From the NCBI GenBank assembly GCA_029865985.1, contig JARXAF010000140.1:1-56073 (forward strand): DNA of 56,073 nucleotides, in the 5' to 3' direction. Positions 1 through 8,165 of the stretch are shown piece after piece. This DNA is from Verrucomicrobiota bacterium (GTDB lineage: Bacteria > Verrucomicrobiota > Verrucomicrobiia > Limisphaerales > UBA9464). Below the pieces are notes generated by a model. That model was not told where the DNA came from, did not search any database, and was given only the letters and a program-made list of their open reading frames with translations. Numbering within the stretch: position 1 is the stretch's first letter; every line of letters begins with the position of its first letter. The position numbers and the translations under genes were made by a program.

Positions 1-594
1 ATCCTCGCTTCGATGCTACTTCCGGCGTTGGGCATGGCGAAGGCGCGTGCCAAGAACATCGCCTGCCTGAACAATCTCAAGACCGTCGGGCTCGGTTTGA
101 GATTGTGGGCCAACGACAATCGGGATCGGTACCCCTGGCAGTTAGGTGTGACCAATGGAGGAACGGCCGGTTCCGAGGACTGGGCCGATCACTTTCGGGC
201 CTGCTCCAATGAACTCTCCAACCCGAGCGTTCTGGTGTGTCCGGCCGAAAAAATACCAAGACCGGGGACCAACTGGGTGAATCTCGATGGTTTCGCCAAT
301 GTGAGCTACTTCGTCGGTCTGAAAGCCGAGGAACTCAAACCGCAGACCATGATTTCCGGTGACGCCAACGTCACCGGGGGTGGCGGCGGTTTTGATCCTC
401 AATGGAGCCGGTTTCTTGGAGCTTCGATCGACGCTGCATGGGACAAGACACTGCATGTCCGAGCCGGCAATCTGGCGATGACCGACGGCAGTGTCCAAGC
501 GACCAAAACGGCTGCACTCCGATCGGCCATCAATCAAGCCCTCGCCAGCGGTCTGACCAACGTGGTGTTTTCCAAACCTCGCGGCGTTCTCTGA
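1..594 (+). CDS. Prepilin-type / H-X9-DG domain protein (DUF1559-like), 5' end outside the window
   Basis: Frame is open from base 1 (ILASMLLPALGMAKARAK...CLNNLK), the post-hydrophobic helix of PVC pilin-like proteins; C-terminal H-VRAGNLAMT-DG is an exact H-X9-DG motif. Confidence 0.85.
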   Translation: MLASMLLPALGMAKARAKNIACLNNLKTVGLGLRLWANDNRDRYPWQLGVTNGGTAGSEDWADHFRACSNELSNPSVLVCPAEKIPRPGTNWVNLDGFANVSYFVGLKAEELKPQTMISGDANVTGGGGGFDPQWSRFLGASIDAAWDKTLHVRAGNLAMTDGSVQATKTAALRSAINQALASGLTNVVFSKPRGVL

Positions 595-611
595 CGCTCC
601 TCCCACGAGCC

Positions 612-1274
612 ATGCGCGATCATCGCGGCATCCAAGCCCTCGCCATCGGCACCTGTGCCATCAGTGTCGTGATTACGTCATGGGCCCTGGGTTGGATCGA
701 CGCCCCTCCGCGACCGAGTGGGACGCTGCACCAGCAAATCGGACAAGCGCTGGCCCAAGAGGCTTTGGCCCATGCTGGATCAGGCGGTCGGGTGGTGGTC
801 TTCGCCCGTGACACTTCGGAGTTCGAGCAACCCGCGACGGACATGGCACTCCGGAGTTTCACGACCGAGATGCAAAAGGCCGGACACCCTGTCACCGACT
901 TGCGACTCGTGGCAGAAGACCCCCTTCGCCCCATCCACGTCCCAGAAGGCGACTTGTTCGATGTCCTGCGAAAATCCAACAAAGGCGACGTCGTGGTCTC
1001 GCTCATGGGGCCGGTACTTTTGGCTGAAGATCAGAGGCTCGCCTTGGGAACCCCAAAAGCCGCGGTCATCGCTTTTTGCCCAGGCTCATCCGCGGAAGTC
1101 CTGGATCCCGCTCAACTGGCCTCGATGGGCCTGCTCCATGGCGGCGTGCTGGCCCTGCCGCCCAGCAACGATCCGAAACAATCCGCCAAAACCCCAGACC
1201 GCTTCGAAGCTCTTTATCACCGGATGGATTCCAAGGCCCTCATTCAAAAACCCAAAACACAGGGGAGACCATGA
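612..1274 (+). CDS. Hypothetical membrane-anchored protein
   Basis: ATG at 612 within ORF 402-1274; N-terminal hydrophobic anchor followed by an alpha/beta domain; stop overlaps the next start (ATGA 1271-1274). Confidence 0.65.
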   Translation: MRDHRGIQALAIGTCAISVVITSWALGWIDAPPRPSGTLHQQIGQALAQEALAHAGSGGRVVVFARDTSEFEQPATDMALRSFTTEMQKAGHPVTDLRLVAEDPLRPIHVPEGDLFDVLRKSNKGDVVVSLMGPVLLAEDQRLALGTPKAAVIAFCPGSSAEVLDPAQLASMGLLHGGVLALPPSNDPKQSAKTPDRFEALYHRMDSKALIQKPKTQGRP

Positions 1275-1960
1275 GGGTGCGTTTTCTTTCGTTTTCCAGA
1301 AACCACACGGGATTCACCCGGACCGATTTGCTCGTGAGCATCGCTCTGGTGAGCCTGCTCCTCCCGCTGGTCTGGACGCCGATCACCGTGTCGCGTTCGC
1401 GGGCACGTCTTGAACGGTGCCGGGCCAACCTGAACAGCGTCAGCCGCGCCTGCCTCCAATTCGCCGCCGATCACGGCCAAACGCTGCCGGGCCCCGTGGA
1501 GGCTCCCGGGGAATTTCAATGGTGGTACAAGGAGCAGGTGAAATCCTACCTCGGAATCCAAGGAGCCTCGGCTGCCACCGACTCGACTTTCGCCTGCCCC
1601 GACGACCGCGGCTATACAGACCCCAAACCCTTCCACCAGTCCGAGCGTTTCGATTTCTCCAGCTACCCGTTCAATGGAGTCCTGCTGCTCGGCGCACCCA
1701 ATATCGCCGGCTGGCGCCTGCCGGAGATTCGCCAACCCGACCGAACGCTTCTGGTCATGGAATGGACGGCGCATGGCCCGCTTTCGTGGCACCGCAGCCG
1801 AACCGGCAAACGAAACGCCCCGTTTTACAATGACGCTGAGAGTGTCGTTGGTTTCGTCGATGGCCATGTGGACTTGGTGAAGATCTATCACGACGGCTAC
1901 AACGCGGCCTACACGCGGGATCCCATCCCGGGCTACCGATACCGCTACAGTGGTCGTTGA
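1271..1960 (+). CDS. Prepilin-like protein with a variant N-terminal methylation motif (type II secretion/DUF1559-like)
   Basis: G-FTRTDLLVSIALVSLLLP leader, CxxNL, FACP.D, SSYPFN and C-terminal GFVDGHV. Confidence 0.8.
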   Translation: MRVRFLSFSRNHTGFTRTDLLVSIALVSLLLPLVWTPITVSRSRARLERCRANLNSVSRACLQFAADHGQTLPGPVEAPGEFQWWYKEQVKSYLGIQGASAATDSTFACPDDRGYTDPKPFHQSERFDFSSYPFNGVLLLGAPNIAGWRLPEIRQPDRTLLVMEWTAHGPLSWHRSRTGKRNAPFYNDAESVVGFVDGHVDLVKIYHDGYNAAYTRDPIPGYRYRYSGR

Positions 1961-1978
1961 CCCCTCGATTCTCACTCC

Positions 1979-3907
1979 ATGATTCCGAACCCCTACGATT
2001 GGTTCTTCCGCTTAGGACGCCTGATTTTTTCAATCCTCATTTGCTTCATGCCGTGGGTCTCCGCGGCTCCGGTCACCACAGGCTGGATCCCGCTTTTCAA
2101 AGGGGTGGAATACATGACGGGCACCAACACCGAATCGTCGGGCGACTTCAACAGCCTCATGGTGGCCCACCTGATTCGAGTGGATCTCTCGGATCCTGAC
2201 ATCCGGTTGCTTCCGACACCTCAGATCACCAATTATCTGGGCAATTCTCGCGAAACCTCCGGCCAGACAGTGAGCCGATTTGTCAAAACGCACGGTCTGC
2301 AGTTGGGCGTGAATGCCAACTTCTTTTCCCCCACCGACTACTACATGCCCGAGGGAACACCCATGCAACTCAGTGGGTTGGCCATCAGTGACGGGTCACT
2401 CGTCTCGGTGGCCAATGCCACCTATTCCGCCTGCGTCCTGTTCGATGCGAATCGGACAGCGCGCATCATCGAAGACAACTGGCCGGCCGGCCCCACCAAC
2501 GGCGTGCTCCACGCTCTCGCCGGCGACTACCCGTTGGTGGTCAACGGGGTCAATATCTCCCGGCGCTACTTCAATACCCCTGGCGGGGTCCATGAGCAGC
2601 ATCCTCGAACGGCTTTCGGCGTCTCCCACGATGGCAAGACCTTCTACATCGTCTGCATTGACGGCCGCCAGGACCACAGCGTGGGCGCCTTCGATTATGA
2701 GACGGCCGCTTGGATGCTGTTGGCCGGGGCCTACAACGCCGTCAACATGGACGGTGGTGGCTCCACCACCCTGGTGATGGAAGACAGCATCGGCGAACCC
2801 CTGCGACTCAATGCCTCCAGTGCCGTTGCCGATTCCGGAAAAGAACGCACCGTCGGCAGCCATCTCGGCATCTTCGCCAAACCCATCCCGGGTTTCATCA
2901 ATGACCTGAAGGTGGTTCCCTCCGACGATGGCGCCACCCTTTCGTGGACCACCCTCACGGACGCCACTGCGTCGGTGGAACTGGGCACCTCCAACCCACC
3001 CGACCCCGTGACCCGCTTCACAGGAAGCTCAGGCACGACACATACGGTCCAAATCACCGGCCTGACACCGGGTATCGGCTACTATTTTCAAGCGGTTTCC
3101 GTCGCCGATGGCACCCGACATGAAACTCCCATCAAATTCTTCCGGACCACGCGAACCGTGATATCCACCGAGGTGGTCCTCCTCAACGCGGAATGGCGGT
3201 ACACCACCGCCAACCTCTACAACACGGCTTGGACAACCACCGACTATGTCGACACCGGTTGGAAAGGACCTGGAGCTGCGCTGCTCTGGGCCAATGCCAG
3301 TGCGGCCGGTTCCACACTCGATCCGAATCTTTTGGGGGAGCGCATGCCCAACAATCCGTCGACTGGTTTCCCCTACACCACCTACTCCTTTCGAACCCGC
3401 TTCAAAGCTGCCGACGTGTCCGCCGGAGCCACCCTTTCGGTGTCGGCCTACATTGACGACGGAGCGGTTTTTTATCTCAACGGCCGCGAGATCCATCGAA
3501 TCCGAATGCCCGCCGCGCCGGCAGAAATCCTGAATGCTACCTTGGCAACCGGCACCCCCTGCAATGGCAATGCCGATTGCACCGATGACTTCATCGTTCC
3601 TGTGGATGGTATCCTCCGGGCTGGCGACAACGTACTGGCCGTCGAGGTTCACAATTCCAGTGCCCGGAGCTCGGACATCACCCTTGGGGCAACGGTCACG
3701 CTGGAAGTTCCCGCCTCGCGGCCTCCGGCCATCACCATCCATCGGGATAACGGCCTCATGACCCTCGATTGGGTCGGCACAGGATTTCTGCTGCAACAAG
3801 CAGACACTCCCTCCGGCCCATGGACCTCTGTGGCGGGTGCGACACAAACGGCTCCCTTGCGCATCCAGGATGCGGCCACCACTCGATACTACCGGCTGTC
3901 ACGATAA
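1979..3907 (+). CDS. Secreted phosphodiester glycosidase (NAGPA-family) protein with FN3-like and beta-sandwich domains
   Basis: NANFF, HPRTAFG, IDGRQ, AVNMDGGGST motifs; FN3-like LSWTT...ITGLTPGIGYYF; DDGAVFYLNG...GDNVLAVEVH module; signal-peptide-like N-terminus. Confidence 0.85.
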   Translation: MIPNPYDWFFRLGRLIFSILICFMPWVSAAPVTTGWIPLFKGVEYMTGTNTESSGDFNSLMVAHLIRVDLSDPDIRLLPTPQITNYLGNSRETSGQTVSRFVKTHGLQLGVNANFFSPTDYYMPEGTPMQLSGLAISDGSLVSVANATYSACVLFDANRTARIIEDNWPAGPTNGVLHALAGDYPLVVNGVNISRRYFNTPGGVHEQHPRTAFGVSHDGKTFYIVCIDGRQDHSVGAFDYETAAWMLLAGAYNAVNMDGGGSTTLVMEDSIGEPLRLNASSAVADSGKERTVGSHLGIFAKPIPGFINDLKVVPSDDGATLSWTTLTDATASVELGTSNPPDPVTRFTGSSGTTHTVQITGLTPGIGYYFQAVSVADGTRHETPIKFFRTTRTVISTEVVLLNAEWRYTTANLYNTAWTTTDYVDTGWKGPGAALLWANASAAGSTLDPNLLGERMPNNPSTGFPYTTYSFRTRFKAADVSAGATLSVSAYIDDGAVFYLNGREIHRIRMPAAPAEILNATLATGTPCNGNADCTDDFIVPVDGILRAGDNVLAVEVHNSSARSSDITLGATVTLEVPASRPPAITIHRDNGLMTLDWVGTGFLLQQADTPSGPWTSVAGATQTAPLRIQDAATTRYYRLSR

Positions 3908-4201
3908 CATCACCTGCACCCAGTAGGTGTTGTCAGAATCCACGTTTCCGAGATCAGATGCCTATTGCCAGTTGAATTTGGAAAACAGGCCCGAGATAAG
4001 GGAAACAATCTTCAGAATCAGTGACCCTTCGGCGCTCGATTTGTTATCGAACCGGCATTGCCTGAATAACATTTTGTTTACCTAGCTGGACAACTGCAAA
4101 AGATGTCAGCAGTTTAGTGTCGTCAAAATGGTAACGAGTGACCGTCGGCTGTCCAGCATGTCCAGCAGAAGGCTAGCGGGTTCGACGGATGCTTTTTCAA
4201 A

Positions 4202-6058
4202 ATGGAAGAACCCACAAAACCGATGGCGCGGGTGCAGTTCTGGGGAACACGTGGATCGCTGGCTAGGCCAGGGAAAACCACACTTCGCTACGGTGGCAAC
4301 ACCTCCTGTGTCCAAATCACTTCCCCGAATGGCTCACTGGTGATCTTGGATTGCGGCACCGGAGCCCACGACTTGGGCCGGCATTTATTGGGTGAAACCC
4401 AAGGACCTCAGCGAGGCAGCATCTTGTTCAGCCACACGCATTGGGATCACATCCAGGGATTCCCCTTCTTCGCTCCACTGTTTGTGCGCGGATGGCAGTG
4501 GGATATTTATGGTCCCGCGGGCCTGGGGCGATCGCTCCGACAAGCCCTGTCAGGGCAAATGGAAAACACCTATTTCCCGGTCACACTCGATGACATGGGG
4601 TCTTCCATCCGTTTTCACGATTTGGTCGAGGGCAGCCTTGAAATTGACGATATCCGCATCACTACTCGGTACTTGAACCACCCCTCCCTGACCCTTGGCT
4701 ATCGGTTGGAAATGGGGCGCGCTTCGGTGGTCTATGCTTGTGACCACGAACCGTACTCACGAATCGAAGGAGATGCCTCGGTGCATCAACTCGACCGACG
4801 ACATGCCCAATTTCTGGCCGGGGCTGATCTGGTTATCCATGATGCCCAATTCACAGACAGCGAGTATGTCCAACGCAAGGGCTGGGGTCATAGTCCGGTC
4901 GAATACGTTTCCGAAATGTGCCAACGCGCCGGGGTCCGACGGATGGCCCTCTCGCATCACGATCCCGGACGAACCGACGATGAACTCGACCGGATCGTGG
5001 AGACCGTGCAGGGCGACTTGACCAAAAACGGGTCCACCATGCAGGTCTTCGCTGCGGCCGATGGTCAAGTGGTGGAACTCGATGCAGCAACCGGCGCGAT
5101 CCCGGAAGCCAAGAGTGGAACATTCTCAGCGCACACGCGTCTCGTTCCGGCCTTGAAGGAAGCCAACGTCCTCATTGGCGTGTCTGATCCAAAACTGGCG
5201 ATGCTTCTCGCGGAGGCAGCCCTTGGCGAAGCGCTTCAAGTCGATCACACCTCCGATATCATTGCTGCAGAGAAGATGGCGACAGCCAAACCACCGGCTT
5301 TGCTCGTATTGGAGGACAATCCGCCCTCAATGGATGGATGGAGTGTTTGTCGCCGGTTGCGATCGTCGGGCGATTTGCGCCTCAAAGACTTGCCCATTGT
5401 CTTGGTGGGCGATCGCGAACGAAGCAGCACTGAACCCACTGACGGCGCCACGCACTGGTTGATCGCACCGTTTTCCAGCCAATACGCGAGGGCACAAATA
5501 CAAGCTTGGCTCCTGCGTTCGGCCAGTCGTTGGGTTCGCGCTGCTCAGCCTGCGGACGAGGAACAACGACTGGCAGTGTTGCATGGCCTGTCCATTCTGG
5601 ACACCCAACCCGAAGAACGGTTCGACCGCATCACACGCCTGGCCGCAGAAATCGCTGAGGTCCCGATCGCTCTCGTGTCTCTGGTGGACCAGAATCGGCA
5701 GTGGTTCAAATCTTCGGTGGGCTTGGACGCGAAGGAAACTTCGCGCGAGGTCTCCTTTTGTGCCCACTCTGTCACCAGTGGCGCGCCCTTGATTGTGCAG
5801 GACACGTTGTCGGATGAGCGGTTCGCAGAAAACCCGCTGGTCGTCGGCGGACCCCGGATTCGCTTCTACGCAGGCTTTCCACTTTTCCATTCCAGCGGCA
5901 GTTGCATGGGCACGCTCTGCTTGATCGACTCCCGACCCCGTCACTTTTCCGATTCGACCATCCAGCAGTTTGCACATCTCACAGGTCTGGTCCAACAGGA
6001 GCTCAATTCCGAATGCAAAACAGCACCGATTGACGCCCTCGGCAGCGAAAAACCGTGA
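4202..6058 (+). CDS. MBL-fold metallo-hydrolase fused to receiver-like and GAF domains
   Basis: WGTRGS, YGGNTSC, DCGTG, HTHWDH, WGHS and HHDP MBL motifs; receiver-like middle region; GAF E..RL..L..LSILDT.PEERFDRIT...SFCAH...IRFYAG; alternative start at 4223. Confidence 0.9.
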   Translation: MEEPTKPMARVQFWGTRGSLARPGKTTLRYGGNTSCVQITSPNGSLVILDCGTGAHDLGRHLLGETQGPQRGSILFSHTHWDHIQGFPFFAPLFVRGWQWDIYGPAGLGRSLRQALSGQMENTYFPVTLDDMGSSIRFHDLVEGSLEIDDIRITTRYLNHPSLTLGYRLEMGRASVVYACDHEPYSRIEGDASVHQLDRRHAQFLAGADLVIHDAQFTDSEYVQRKGWGHSPVEYVSEMCQRAGVRRMALSHHDPGRTDDELDRIVETVQGDLTKNGSTMQVFAAADGQVVELDAATGAIPEAKSGTFSAHTRLVPALKEANVLIGVSDPKLAMLLAEAALGEALQVDHTSDIIAAEKMATAKPPALLVLEDNPPSMDGWSVCRRLRSSGDLRLKDLPIVLVGDRERSSTEPTDGATHWLIAPFSSQYARAQIQAWLLRSASRWVRAAQPADEEQRLAVLHGLSILDTQPEERFDRITRLAAEIAEVPIALVSLVDQNRQWFKSSVGLDAKETSREVSFCAHSVTSGAPLIVQDTLSDERFAENPLVVGGPRIRFYAGFPLFHSSGSCMGTLCLIDSRPRHFSDSTIQQFAHLTGLVQQELNSECKTAPIDALGSEKP

Positions 6059-6205
6059 TCCCGGCGGATGGCTGAAAAACGATAGTGTCATACCAAAAAC
6101 CGCCCCAGCATAACCGCGGCTGAAGGGACTGCCTCGACGAGGCTTGCCATTATTGGGTTTCTACCAAAACTCCTTGGCTACGGTTACCCACCCCTCTCCG
6201 ACGAC

Positions 6206-8002
6206 ATGCACCTAGCGACACTCGACTGGATCATCATCGCCGCCACGTTCGTTTTGTATCTCGCCATCGGTCTCTTTGTCGGGAAATCAGCCGGCAAAGA
6301 CTACGAGAGCTACTTTCTCAGCGGTCGCACCATGCCGTGGTGGTTGTTGGGGACTTCCATGGTGGCCACGACGTTCGCCACCGATACCCCGAACCTCGTC
6401 GCCGGTATCGTGCGCCGGGACGGCGTCTTCGGGAATTGGGTCTGGTGGGCCCTGCTGCTGACCGGAACCACCACGGTATTTCTCTTCGCGAAGCTCTGGC
6501 GTCGAAGCGGCATGATGACGGACATCGAATTCTATGAGCTTCGCTACTCCGGTCGCCCTGCGGCTTTCCTGCGAGGTTTCCGGGCCGTTTACCTGGGAAT
6601 TTTCTTCAACATCCTGGTGATGGCGAACGTGTCGCTGGCCGCCATCAAGATTGGTGGTGTCATGTTCGGCCTCGATCCGGTCAAGACCATCGCTGTGGCC
6701 TCAGTAGTCACCGTCGCCTACAGCATGATCGGGGGACTTACGGGCGTGCTGCTCACCGACTTGGTCCAGTTCATCATCGCCATGGTCGGAGCCATTTGGG
6801 CGGCCGTCCATGTGGTCGGACTCCCTCAGGTTGGCGGTCTGGGCAAGCTGTTGGCCGATCCCCGAGTTCAGGCGAAGATGGACGTGGTGCCCAATTTTGC
6901 CACGACACCGCATGATGTCGTCATGGCGGTGTTCCTGATACCTCTCTTGGTCACTTGGTGGAGCATCTACTATCCGGGTGCCGAACCCGGCGGCGGCGGC
7001 TACGTGGCTCAGCGACTTCTGGCTGCCAAGAATGAGAAGCACGCCTTGGGCGCCTGCCTGTTCTTCAACGTCATGCACTACGCCCTCCGCCCCTGGCCGT
7101 GGATCCTGGTGGCTCTGGCCTCCTTGGTGGTGTTTCCCGATGTTGCCTCGCTGCAGGCACAATTCCCGCACCTGGATCCCAAAATTGTGCAGGACGATCT
7201 GGCCTACCCGGCCATGCTGACCTTCCTGCCCCAAGGTCTGATGGGCATCATGGTCGCTTCGTTGGCGGCCGCCTACATGAGCACCATGTCCACGCAGGTG
7301 AACTACGGTTCCTCGATTGTGGTCAGCGATCTCTATCTTCGCTTCGTCAATCCCAAGGCCAGCGATTCCCAACAGGTGTGGCTGGGTCGCATCGTCACCG
7401 TCGTGCTCATGTTCGCCTCCTGCTGGTTGGCACTCCAGATGAAGGACGCCCTGTCGAACTTTAATTTGATGATGCAAGTCGGCGCGGGAACCGGCCTGGT
7501 TCTGATCCTCCGGTGGTTCTGGTGGCGCATCAATGCCGCCTCGGAAATCGCAGCCATGACCCTCTCCTTCGGCATGGCCTTGTTCTGGCACTATTCCAGC
7601 GTGGGCCGGGATATTCCGGCTTGGAAGCAAATGGTCATCGGAGTCGCGGTCACCACCGCGGGTTCATTGGTGGTAGCGCTACTCACCGGCCCCACAGAAA
7701 CCGAGAAGCTCCGCGAGTTTTACTCTCGAGTCCAACCCGGCGGATCGGGCTGGAAACCGGTTCTGGACCGGGCTGGCCATGAGCGGGTGCAAATTCAAGA
7801 TACTAAGCTCGGCACCGAATCCGATTTGGGCATTGGCATCGTCTGTTCGATCCTCGCTTCCATTGGCATTTGGGCGCTGATCTTCGCCGGAGGCTGGGCC
7901 ATCTACGGTCGATGGACACAAGCCGGTATCGCCTTCGCCGTGACTTTGGTCTGCGCTGCGTTCCTCCCGTTCTGCATCGCGCGATTGCGCATTCGGGACT
8001 GA
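6206..8002 (+). CDS. Sodium:solute symporter (SSS family)
   Basis: Many transmembrane segments; YFLSGR.MPWW, SMVATTF, GGL.GV..TD..Q, QRLLAAK, AAYMST motifs. Confidence 0.92.
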   Translation: MHLATLDWIIIAATFVLYLAIGLFVGKSAGKDYESYFLSGRTMPWWLLGTSMVATTFATDTPNLVAGIVRRDGVFGNWVWWALLLTGTTTVFLFAKLWRRSGMMTDIEFYELRYSGRPAAFLRGFRAVYLGIFFNILVMANVSLAAIKIGGVMFGLDPVKTIAVASVVTVAYSMIGGLTGVLLTDLVQFIIAMVGAIWAAVHVVGLPQVGGLGKLLADPRVQAKMDVVPNFATTPHDVVMAVFLIPLLVTWWSIYYPGAEPGGGGYVAQRLLAAKNEKHALGACLFFNVMHYALRPWPWILVALASLVVFPDVASLQAQFPHLDPKIVQDDLAYPAMLTFLPQGLMGIMVASLAAAYMSTMSTQVNYGSSIVVSDLYLRFVNPKASDSQQVWLGRIVTVVLMFASCWLALQMKDALSNFNLMMQVGAGTGLVLILRWFWWRINAASEIAAMTLSFGMALFWHYSSVGRDIPAWKQMVIGVAVTTAGSLVVALLTGPTETEKLREFYSRVQPGGSGWKPVLDRAGHERVQIQDTKLGTESDLGIGIVCSILASIGIWALIFAGGWAIYGRWTQAGIAFAVTLVCAAFLPFCIARLRIRD

Positions 8003-8165
8003 CCCGGACAGGGAACAACGGGCAACCGTTCATTCACCTAGGCCATTTCCCTACTGGACTCGTCGTATGATGACGACGATCTAACGTTGCCGCGAGACCA
8101 CAGAGGCCACCATGATCGGGGCGCTGTGGACACTGAATTGGTTCAGTGCATGGCAACCCAAACCC

